Below are positions 54,823 through 64,000 of a stretch of DNA of 64,000 nucleotides, one piece after another. A model generated the notes under the pieces. It was not told the DNA's origin. It did not search any database and was given only the letters and a program-made list of their open reading frames with translations. A program made the translations under genes and the position numbers. This stretch comes from an uncultured Acidobacteriota bacterium (GTDB lineage Bacteria; Acidobacteriota; Vicinamibacteria; Vicinamibacterales; 2-12-FULL-66-21), in the NCBI GenBank assembly GCA_963830815.1, contig CAWHNN010000017.1:29750-93749 (forward strand), read 5' to 3'. The first letter of the stretch is position 1; the number at the start of each line of letters is the position of its first letter.

Positions 54823-56687
54823 ACGACACGCCCGCGTTGGCGCGCTAGGCCTGTGCCTGGCGCTCGCCTTCGGCTGTGCCACGTCCGGCGGCGGCTTTCG
54901 CGCCGGAGAGACCGCCGAAACAGCCAGGAACTACGACCTCGCGGTCATCGAATACACCAAGGCGGTTCGCGCCAATCCCGACGACGCCAACGCCCGCCTG
55001 GCCCTCGATCGCGCGAAGCTCCGCGCGTCGCAGGAGCATGCGTTCCGCGGGCGAACCCTGGCCGGCGCCGAACGCTACGAGGAAGCGCTCGGCGAGTATC
55101 AACTCGCGTCGGAGCTCAATCCGAGCGACGCGCTCGTCGACGAGGCGCTGCGCGACACGCGCCAGAAGCTGCGTACCAAGATCGCCGTCACCCGCAACGG
55201 CAAGACCGAACTGGAGTCGTTGATCGAGCGCGCTGCGAGTCATGCCGCCGCCGGGACTGGACCTGCCGCCCGATGCAAACTTCCCGACTCGCTGATTTTC
55301 AGCGGCGCGAGCAGCCGCAACGTCTTCCGTTCGATCGCGCAGTTCGCGGGTCTGAACATCGTCTTCGATCCGGCCTTTCGCGACGAGACCATCAACGCCG
55401 ATCTCCGCAAGATGACGCTCGTCGACGCGCTGACGTCCGTCACGGCGAGCACGCGCACGTTCTACCGTGTGAGTGCTCAGCGCACCATCACGATCGTGCC
55501 CGACACGCCCAACAAGCGCCGCGAGTACGAAGAGGCTCGTCGTCCAGACGCTCTACCTCAGTAATGCCGATCTCAAGGAGGTCATCGACCTGCTGCGCAT
55601 CGTGGTCGACGTCCGCCAGGTCACGGGCATGACGGCCATCAACGCCATCTCGCTGCAGGACACGCCCGAGCACCTCGCGGCCGCATCGCGCCTGATTGCT
55701 GCCATCGACAAGGCACGGCCCGAGGTGGTCATCGACGTCGAACTGCTCGAGGTCGACCGTACGCGGTTGCGCGAGTTCGGACTGCAGGTCGCCTCGCCAG
55801 GATCGGATGGCATCAGCGGCTCGATCGACGCCAATCGCGAGGGATTGACGCTCCAGGACCTCTCCAACCTGACGCGCTCCGATGTGTTCGTGACCGGCGT
55901 ACCGGGGATCTACTATCGCCTGCTCAAGAACGACTCGAACACACGCGTGCTGGCCAATCCGCAGCTGCGAACCTCGGAAGGCATCGCGGCACAGGCGAAG
56001 TTCGGTGAAGAAGTGCCTGTCCCGGTGACGACATTTGCGCCCATCGCCACTGGTGGCATCAACCAGCAGCCGATTACGTCCTTCAACTACCGCAACATCG
56101 GCGTCAACATCGACATCACGCCGCGCACGCATCACGACGACGAAGTATCGCTGACGCTCAAGATCGAGTTGAGCAGCATCTCGGGCACGGGCACGGGGGC
56201 GACGGCGGGCCTGCCGACATTCGCGTCGCGGCAGATTACGTCGACCATTCGCCTCAAGGACGGCCAGACCAACATGCTGGCGGGATTGATTCGTGACGAG
56301 GAACGAACGGTCCTGGCAGGCGTCCCGGGGTTGGTCGACCTGCCGCTCATCGGACGCCTGTTCGCTCGCAACCGCAAGGAGTCGACGCAGACCGACATCA
56401 TCCTGACGCTGACGCCGCACATCGTCCGCACGCTCGATGTCACGGAAGCCGATCTGCGGCCGTTCCGTCTCGGGCGGGGCGGCGCAGAAGGCGGCAGCGG
56501 CGTCGCGCCGGCTCCCAGGCCAGGCATTCAACCGCCGCCGCGCGACAACCCCGATCCGGCACCAGCAAACGCCACCCCGGCTGCGCCACCAGCGCCTGCG
56601 TTCCCTCAGCCGTTGCAACCGACGCTGCCAGGCGCGACGGTGCCTGTGACGCCCCCGAAGAAACCGGGCGGCGGCGACAAGAACTAG
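54791..56687 (+). CDS. secretin-family outer-membrane protein with lipobox and N-terminal TPR region; 1-3 frame breaks
   Basis: GALGLCLALAFGC lipobox-like signal, TPR helices, N1-like LKEVIDLLRIVVDVRQV, and a secretin core VLANPQLRTSEG, NYRNIGVNIDITP, GVPGLVDLPLIGRLF and DIILTLTPHIV. Confidence 0.82.
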
Positions 56688-57947
56688 CGCTCCAGCCGTT
56701 CGACTTGCGCGCCGAGAGCCGTCAACCGCTCGACGAGTGAGCCGTAGCCGCGCTCGACGGTCTCGAGCGGCCCGACCTCACTCTCCCCTTCCGCTGCCAG
56801 CGCAGCGGCAATCAAGGCCATCCCCGATCGGATGTCTCTCGTATCGAGGTGCCGGCCCTTCAGCTTCGTTACGCCGCTGACGATGATGCGGTGCGGATCG
56901 CAGAGAAAGAGATCGGCGCGCATCGCGCTCAGCTGCTCGAGCGCGAAGAGGCGCAATTCGTACATCCAGTCGTGGACCAGCGTCTCGCCTTCCGCCTGTG
57001 TCGCGAGGACCGTCACCAGGCTGACCATGTCGCTCGGAAAGCCGGGCCACAGGCCGGTCGTGATGCGGCGGGCGGCCCTCAACCCTGCAGGCGGCTCGAC
57101 GATGAACTTCTGGTCCTCGCACGCGCATTTCAAACCCATCTTCTTCAGGGGCGCGCTGACGACTTCCATGTCGGTCCAGCGCGCGCCGGTGACCTCGATG
57201 CTGCCGCCCGTGATCGCCGCGACCACTCCCCAACTCCCGGCTTCGATGTAGTCGCCGTCGAGGTGATGAGTGGCGCCCGTGAATCGCGTCGGCGCTTCCA
57301 CGCGAATGGTGGATGTGCCCTCGCCTTCAATCGAGACACCGAGCGCGCGGAGAAACCGGCAGAGCTCCGCGACGTGCGGCTCCGTCGCCGCGTGGCGGAT
57401 CTCGCTTCGGCCCTTGGCAGCGGCGGCGGCAAGGAGCGCGGTCTCCGTGCCGGTCACCGAAGCTTCGTCGAGGTAGACGGATGCGCCGCTGAGGCCCCAC
57501 GGCGCGTCGAGTGCGTGCCCGGGCTCTTCGAGCGAGACGGCGCCCATCGCCGCCAGCGCCTGAAGATGCGTGGAGATGGTCCGGCGTGCGGGGAAATCTC
57601 CACCTGGAGGCGCCAGCCTCGCCGATCCCTTCCGCGCGAGGAGCGGGCCGAGGAGCGAGGACGGATCCGCGGAGGCGCCCGACGAGCGCGGGGTCCGGGC
57701 GATCGCTTGTGACGGTCGCACAGCGCACGCGCAACGTGGACGTGCCGCGTCCGTGCACGGTGGCCCCCAGGCCAACCAGGAGATCGATGAGCACCTCGAC
57801 GTCGCGGATGCGCGGCACGTTGGTCAGCACGCACTCCTGATCCGTCAACAGGCACGCCGCCAGAAGCGGCAGCGCCGCGTTCTTGTTGCCCTCAACCGCA
57901 ATCCGGCCCTCGAGCCGTCGTCCGCCTTCAATCCTCAGGGTTGCCAT
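56684..57947 (-). CDS. murA: UDP-N-acetylglucosamine 1-carboxyvinyltransferase; one frame break near 57670
   Basis: LRIEGGRRLEGRIAVEGNKNAALPLLAA, and PGFPSDM and DLRSGMAL-type motifs (RDIRSGMALIAAALAAEG). Confidence 0.9.
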
Positions 57948-58894
57948 TCAGCTCCTTGACCGTCCTCGCCGAAGCCCAGATAGACGATTTCTTCGCGCAG
58001 CCGCACGCCGAAGCGGGACTGCACCTGTCCTTGCACCGCTCGACCAGCGCGCTGACCTCGCTCGCGCTGGCGCCGCCTTCGTTGACGATGAAGTTGGCGT
58101 GCGTGGTCGATACGCGTGCGCGGCCGGCGCGCGCATCCTTGAGGCCTGCCCGATCGACGAGAGCGCCGGCGGACCACGGGATGCCGTCCGGCACCTGGTC
58201 GCGTGCCGGATCGGGATTCTGAAAAATACACCCGGCGCTGGCCGATTCGAGCGGTTGCGTACGTTTGCGGAAGGCGAGCGACTCGCGCGCCGTTGCCCGC
58301 AGGAGCTCGGGCTGCCCGTCAGTGACCGTGAAGTCGGCCGCAATCACGACCTCACGCGTACGATGCAGCCGGCTGTAGTCGTAGCCGAACTCCATCGCCG
58401 CCACCGGTACGTCGTCGACCGATCCGTCGAGGGCCAGGAGCGTGACGCGCTCGATGAGCTCGCTGATCAATCGTCCCCTGAAGTGCGCGTTGCCGTGAAT
58501 CGCTCCGCCTACTGTCCCCGGCGTGCCGGCCCATGCCTCGAGGCCGGCGACGCCATGGCTGATCGTCCAGCGCACGAGGCCGTTGATCGTCACGCCGCCA
58601 TCGGCACGAATCGTTCGATCGTCGACACGAACGACGTCGCCGCCGTGGATGCGAACGACGAGTCCCCTGAGGCCGCCGTCAGAGATCAGGACATTCGAAC
58701 CACCGCCGAGCACCGTCACAGCCTGACCGTGGGCACGCGCGATCTCGATGGCGCCGGTAATCTCCGCACGTGCGCGCCTGTATCAGCCAGTCGGCCACGC
58801 CGCCGACCTTGAACGTCGTCAACGGCGCCAGCGGCGCATCGCGCTGCACGCGGCCATCGCCGAGCAATTCGCGCAAACGATCTGCGAAAGTCAT
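57935..58894 (-). CDS. murB: UDP-N-acetylenolpyruvoylglucosamine reductase; about 3 frame breaks
   Basis: PLAPLTTFKVGG, VLGGGSNVLISD, AGTPGTVGGAI, SAGCIFQNP and ANFIVN. The C-terminus RFGVRLREEIVYLG is in ORF 57935..58231. Confidence 0.88.
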
Positions 58895-59828
58895 CCGCGT
58901 CGCTCACCGATCGCTCCCAGACTTGTTGGCGCTGCTTGAGCGCGTCGATCGCCGCGGCGCGCGAACACGGCAGGAACTCGATCCAGTCTCCAGGAGCCAA
59001 CTGCCCGGCGATCGGCATGTCAGCGGTAATCACGACTGCGATTTTCGGATAGCCGCCCGTTGTTTGTCGATCGGCCATCAACAATATCGGCTGTCCCGAT
59101 GCCGGTACCTGAATGGCGCCGAGCGGCGTCGCATCCGACAGAATGTCTGCGCCGCGACGGTGCGCGAGACGCGGCCCTTCGAGACGGTAGCCCATGCGGT
59201 TGGATGCCGGCGTAATCACGTATCGGGAGCCGAATAGGGTGCGGTAGGCATCGGGCGTAAACCGCTCCTCCTGCGGACCGGCAATGACACGCAGCTGAGC
59301 ACCCCCGACAGGGAGCGGCAACGGCACTCCAGGGAGTCGACCGCGATCCGTCGCGGGCATCGCTGCTATTGGCAGCTCGTCGCCGGTTTTCAGCGCGCGC
59401 CCGTCGAAGGGGCCCATCCGGCTGATCAGATTGGTCGCGCGGCTTCCGAAGACCGCAGGCACATCGATCCCGCCTCGCACTGCGAGCGTCGCGCGCGCGC
59501 CGGCGACTCTGGCGCCAAAGCGCAGACGCTGGCCTTTGCGCAGCGCAAAGGCAGTGTGCATCGGCACGCCGCGGTCGCCAGCGTTCAGCTCGAAGACGGC
59601 ACCGGCTACGGCACAGGTGACATCGGCGGACGCCTCGAGCTCGGGGCCCATCAGCGTGACTTCGAGGCACGCCGCGCCGCGCGGGTTGCCAACCAGCTGG
59701 TTGGCAAGGACGTGCGAGTACTCGTCCATGGGCCCGCCGACGGGCACGCCCATCGACTGCGCGCCCCACCGGCCGAGATCCTGGATCGTCGTCAACATGC
59801 CCGGCCGCACGACTTTGAGTGACTGCAT
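58891..59828 (-). CDS. pxpC: 5-oxoprolinase subunit C / KipA-family (allophanate hydrolase subunit 2-like); 3' end ambiguous
   Basis: MQSLKVVRPGMLTTIQDLGRWG, NRMGYRLEG and MADRQTTGGYPKIAVV. Confidence 0.8.
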
Positions 59829-60505
59829 CACGGATCGAAACAGCTCGTCGCTCGAGACGGATCGGAAGCGCACGCGATCGCCGGTCCTGAACAGGAACGG
59901 CTCGGTGCGCGCGGCGTCGTACGGCTTCAGCTGTGGTGCGGCCGATGATGTTCCAGCCGCCGGGGCTGGCCGATGGATAGATGCCCGTCTGCCCGCCAGC
60001 AATCGCGACCGAGCCTTCTGGCACCGTGATGCGAGGGGAGGTTCGCCGCGGCGCAGCGATTTGCGGGTCGACCTCCGCCAGGTAGGCGAATCCCGGAACG
60101 AATCCGACCATGTAGACCCGGTAGTCGCGGTGCGTGTGGCGGTCGATGACTTCCGCCTCAGCGCAACCCGCGAATGCGGCGACGTGCGCGAGATCAGGTC
60201 CGAATTCCCCGCCGTAACACACCGGCACCTCGATGGTCGCGCCGACGGCTGCGGAGTCGACGTCGAGACGCTCAGCGTGCGCGTAGAATCTCGTCCTCGA
60301 CCCACCGTGCGTCGACGGTCAGCGGATCGAAGTAGACGGTCACCGACACGAAGCCGACGACAACATCCCGGACGGCAGCGCCGAAGCTCGAGGTCAGGCT
60401 CCGACCAAGTGAGACACACCACGCGTTCAGCTCGGCATCGATGCGCTCGGGCAGTTCGACGACGAGCGCCGCGTCACCTGCCGGCAGAACTCTGAACGGC
60501 GGCAT
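59828..60505 (-). CDS. pxpB: 5-oxoprolinase subunit B / KipI-family (allophanate hydrolase subunit 1-like); about 2 frame breaks
   Basis: MPPFRVLPAGDAALVVEL, EVPVCYGGEFGPDL, FVPGFAYL and IAGGQTGIYPSASPGGWNIIGRT. Confidence 0.8.
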
Positions 60506-61903
60506 CACCGCTGGCGCTCGAGCGCCGTCAGGAGTTTCTGATGAATGTCGTCGAAGCCGCCATTGGACATGATGACGACCAAATCGACCGTCTTTGCTGT
60601 CGCGGGCCACGGCGTCGACGATCTCATCCGTCTCGGAATGTAGCGGGCATCGACCTGCCGCGCCTTGCAGATCGGTGACGAGATCCTCGACGGAGAGGCG
60701 CTCGGCGTCGGGCGAGCGACGAGCGGAATACCGCGGGCAAAATCACCCGATCTGCCTTTTCCAGCGCCTTCGCAAAGTCGGACTGAAATACGCGGCGGCA
60801 GGATGTCGCCGACCGGGGCTCGAAAATCGCCCACACGCGGCGTTCCGGAAACGCCGAGCGCACACCGGCAAGTGTTTCGCCGATCGCCGTCGGATGATGC
60901 GCGAAGTCGTCGTACACCGCAACGCCGCGAACGGTGCCGCGATGCTGCATCCGGCGGCGCACGCCCTTGAACCGGCGCAGAGACGCCGCCATCGTGTCGG
61001 TGCTCAGGCCGACGGCTGCCCCGACGGCAATCGCCGCCAGCGCGTTGCGCACGTTATAGGCGCCAAGGAGCGGCAGTTCGAAGGCGCCCGCCGGGGATCC
61101 ACCCTTGCGCAGGCTGAACGTGGTCATCGTTCCTTGACCGATAAATCATGCGCCTGCCAGTCGGCGCCGTCGCTCGTGCCAAAGGTCTCGACGCGACAGT
61201 GCGCGCGCGAGCGCAGCGACATCGCGTCGGCGTTGTCGGCGCCGAGCAGCAGCAGCCCGCGGCGAGGAATCAGGTTCACGAAGCGCCGGAACGTCAACAT
61301 GATCGCGGCCAGATCCGCGTAGATGTCGGCGTGATCGAACTCGATGTTGCCGACAACAGCGATATCGGGCAGGTACTTGAGGAACTTCGCGGTCTTGTCG
61401 AAGAACGCGCTGTCGTACTCGTCGCCCTCGATGACGAACTCGCGGCCGCCGCCAATGCGGTAACTGCCGTCGAAATTCTCGGCAATCCCGCCGACGAGGA
61501 CGCTCGGATCGACGCCGCCATCGGCCAGCAGCCACCCGGTCAGCGCCGTCGTCGTTGTCTTGCCATGTGTGCCGGTGATGACAAGCGAGCGGCGCGCCCA
61601 CAGGAAGTGATCGCGAACCGCCTCCGGCAGCGAGCAGTAGCGGATCTTCCGATCCAGCACCTCTTCGAGCTCCGGGTTGCCACGGGAGATGGCATTGCCA
61701 ACGACGACGAGGTCGAGGTCGGCGGTGATGTGCTCGGGCCGATAGCCCTGCAGGAGCGTGATGCCCTGCGCAACCAGAAAGTCGCTCATCGGGGGATAGA
61801 CGTTCTGATCGGAGCCGCGAACGTCGTATCCCTTGCTCTTGAGCAGCGCGGCGAGCGTTGCCATCGCCGTGCCGCATACGCCAATCACGTGAACACGTGT
61901 CAT
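60505..61903 (-). CDS. mpl: UDP-N-acetylmuramate:L-alanyl-gamma-D-glutamyl-meso-diaminopimelate ligase; 3-4 frame breaks
   Basis: HVIGVCGTAMATLAALLKSKGY, ITGTHGKTTTT, YDDFAHHP and the C-terminal VIMSNGGFDDIHQKLL. Confidence 0.85.
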
Positions 61904-62825
61904 GAAACCGCAGCCTCCTCGACTGATCAGTCTTGGCCGGGCGTCAGCGATGACACGCGCCCGGACTCCGAACGGCAGTGTCAACGTCGCACCATCGGTG
62001 TGTCCGGAGGGCAGGCCGAAAAGGACCGGACCGTGAAATCCCGCCATGACTTCGGCGATGACGGCGCGCACCGTCGGCATTGCCGTCGGGCTCGTCGCAT
62101 CGCGGCATCTCGCCGAAGATGACGGCGGAGGCCCGGCCGAGCAGGCCGCTCAGCCGCAACTGCATCAGCAACCGATCGATGCGGAACGGGCGCTCGCCGA
62201 CCTCGTCGAGAAACAGCACGTACCCGTCAGGCGGCGTACAAGGCGAACGGCGTCCCGAGCGACGCCATCAATTGCGTGAGAGTTCCGCCGAGGAGCATCC
62301 CACCGGCTTCGCCCGGCGCAATGACACTGACCTGCGGATGCGCGATCTCGCCTGCCGGCTCGGCAGCGCAGAGACACCGCGTGAACGTGTCGCGATCGTA
62401 GCCCGCAGCACCCCGGGCAAAGCGTCCTTCGATCATCGGGCCATGGAACGAGACGATCCCGCACTGCAGCGTGAGCCAGCTGAGAATCGATGTGTTGTCG
62501 CTGTAGCCGATGAATGCCTTGGCGTTGCGCGAGATGACCTGGCGATCGAGCAGCGGCAGCATCTGCACGCTGCCATAACCGCCGCGCGCTGCAACGAGCG
62601 CCGCGATCGACGGATCCTCCCAGGCGCGCATGAACGCCGAACCCGCACGTCGGGCGTCCCGGCGACATACCCGTGCCTCGCGAAGACGCTGTCGTCGTAC
62701 ACCGGTTCGAATCCGAGCGCGCGGATCTCGGCAATCCCGGCTTCGAACTCGTCGCGCTTGAAGGGACTGGCGGGCGCGACCACGGCGACGCGATCGCCGG
62801 GCCGCAAGGCGCGGGGCTTGCGCAT
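61900..62825 (-). CDS. ldcA: muramoyltetrapeptide LD-carboxypeptidase (S66); 4-5 frame breaks
   Basis: RVAVVAPASP, ARGGYGS, FIGYSDNTSIL, MLFLDEVGERPFRIDR and FGLPSGH. ATGA overlap with mpl after a shift. Confidence 0.82.
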
Positions 62826-62828
62826 CGG

Positions 62829-63922
62829 CTAGGCGAACCTCGCCATCTCGGCGGCAATCGCCTGATGCTCGTCGCCGCCCAGTGCCGCCCGCAGCGCCGA
62901 CCCGGCCAAGGGACGGGGCCGCGGCGGCGCGAGAAAACGCTCCTTCACGCGGCGATGGCGCGCCATGGCATCCTCGACCCGCTTGAGCGGCAGCGTCCCC
63001 TCCTCCACCGCGTGGATCACGGCTTCAAGGGCGGCGAACTGCGGCTCCTGGGGGCGCCGCACATCAGCACGGCGTCGCAGCCGGCGCCAATCGCGGCGAC
63101 GGTCGCCTCAGGAACGCCGTAGCGCTCGCTGATCGCCTTCATGTCGATATCGTCGGTCACCACCAGCCCCGTGAAACCGAGCTTCTTCTTCAAGAGGCCG
63201 TCGACAATCGCCGGCGAGAGCGTGGCCGGACGATCGGCATCGAGCGCGGGGATGAGGACGTGAGCGGTCATGAGCAGCGCGACGTCAGCCGCAATCGCCT
63301 CGCGGAACGGTACGAGCTCGACCGCCTCGATACGGTCCGGCGGATGTTCCACGATCGGCAGCTCGTGATGCGAGTCGGTGATGGTGTCTCCGTGTCCTGG
63401 GAAATGCTTGCCGCAGGCGGCGATGCCTGCCTCCTGCAGCGTCCGGATGATCGTCCGCCCGAGCCGCGCGACATCCTCGGCGCGCTCGGCCAGCGCGCGA
63501 TCGCCAATCACCGGGTTCTTCGGGTTCGTATGGATGTCGAGCACCGGCGTGTAGTCGAGCGAAATCCCGACGGCCTTGAGCTCCGCCGCGAGCGCGCGCG
63601 CAAACCGCGCCGCCAGCGCTTCGTCGCCGCTCCGTCCCAGCGTCTGCATCGGCGGCCACACCGTAAATGGCGCCTTCAGCCTGGCGACGCGGCCGCCTTC
63701 CTGGTCCACGCTCACCCACAGCGGCAGCTCCTGCGTGAGCGATTGCGCTTCCCGGGCCAGCTCCGCGACCTGATCGGGCGCGACCACGTTACGCGCGAAG
63801 AGGATGATGCCGCCGAGATCGAACTCGCGGGCGAGCGCGCGAAGATCGGACGGAATGGCATCTCCGGCAAACCCGGCGATGGCGAGTTGCCCGATGTGAC
63901 GACGAATGTCGCGAAGGGACAT
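62829..63922 (-). CDS. nagZ: beta-N-acetylhexosaminidase (GH3); one frame break near 63060
   Basis: GGIILFARN, VDQEGGRV, KHFPGHGDT and LVVTDDIDM. Confidence 0.88.
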
Positions 63923-63937
63923 GTCTCAGTGAATTAT

Positions 63938-63997
63938 AGCCACGGATTGCAGCTAGCCACGGATTCAACGTTCGGGCCGCGGACAACACGGACAACA
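63938..63997. repeat. short direct repeats upstream of nagZ (cut by the window end)
   Basis: AGCCACGGATT at 63938-63948 and 63954-63964. CGGACAACA at 63980-63988 and 63989-63997. Confidence 0.6.
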
Positions 63998-64000
63998 CGG

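Noticed and set aside
56684-56687. The stop codons of the convergent secretin and murA genes overlap on a CTAG palindrome.
   Set aside because: It is a curiosity of tight packing. There is no hairpin or terminator and no functional implication I can support.

Overview
This is a GC-rich bacterial chromosomal segment. The gene repertoire (KOR-type 2-oxoglutarate oxidoreductase, a PEGA-domain kinase-like protein, two secretins, LapB/Kdo genes) points to a Gram-negative soil lineage such as Acidobacteriota, but this cannot be proven from the window alone. It is core-genome territory, not an island. In order it carries: secreted hydrolases/peptidases, cobB, dcd and ndk; a large TCA block (korAB, sucCD, sdhCAB, mdh, icd); serA; a Kdo/LPS block (kdsB, pyrG, kdsA, kdsD, kdsC, lapB); coaE, folD, an amino-acid permease and thiE; accBC and an M24 peptidase; a pilMNOPQ operon extended by three uncharacterised genes; rplM, rpsI, rpsB, tsf, pyrH, frr, thrC and tRNA-Ala(CGC); a kinase-like PEGA protein; an N-terminally short PolX; lolA overlapping a lipoprotein secretin; and a murein operon (nagZ, ldcA, mpl, pxpB, pxpC, murB, murA). 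I recognised no transposase, integrase, CRISPR array or rRNA. Two window-wide signals stand out. (1) Many intergenic spacers are built from tandem 7-nt units, usually arranged as two inverted arrays forming long AT-rich hairpins. The 7-mer differs between loci, but the units share a CTGAA/TTCAG core. (2) On the order of a hundred single-base frame breaks interrupt well-conserved housekeeping genes, while several multi-kb stretches are completely clean. I read this as assembly indel error rather than gene decay, so disrupted genes are reported as single CDS with approximate boundaries. Long ORFs antisense to conserved genes are treated as GC-driven shadow ORFs.
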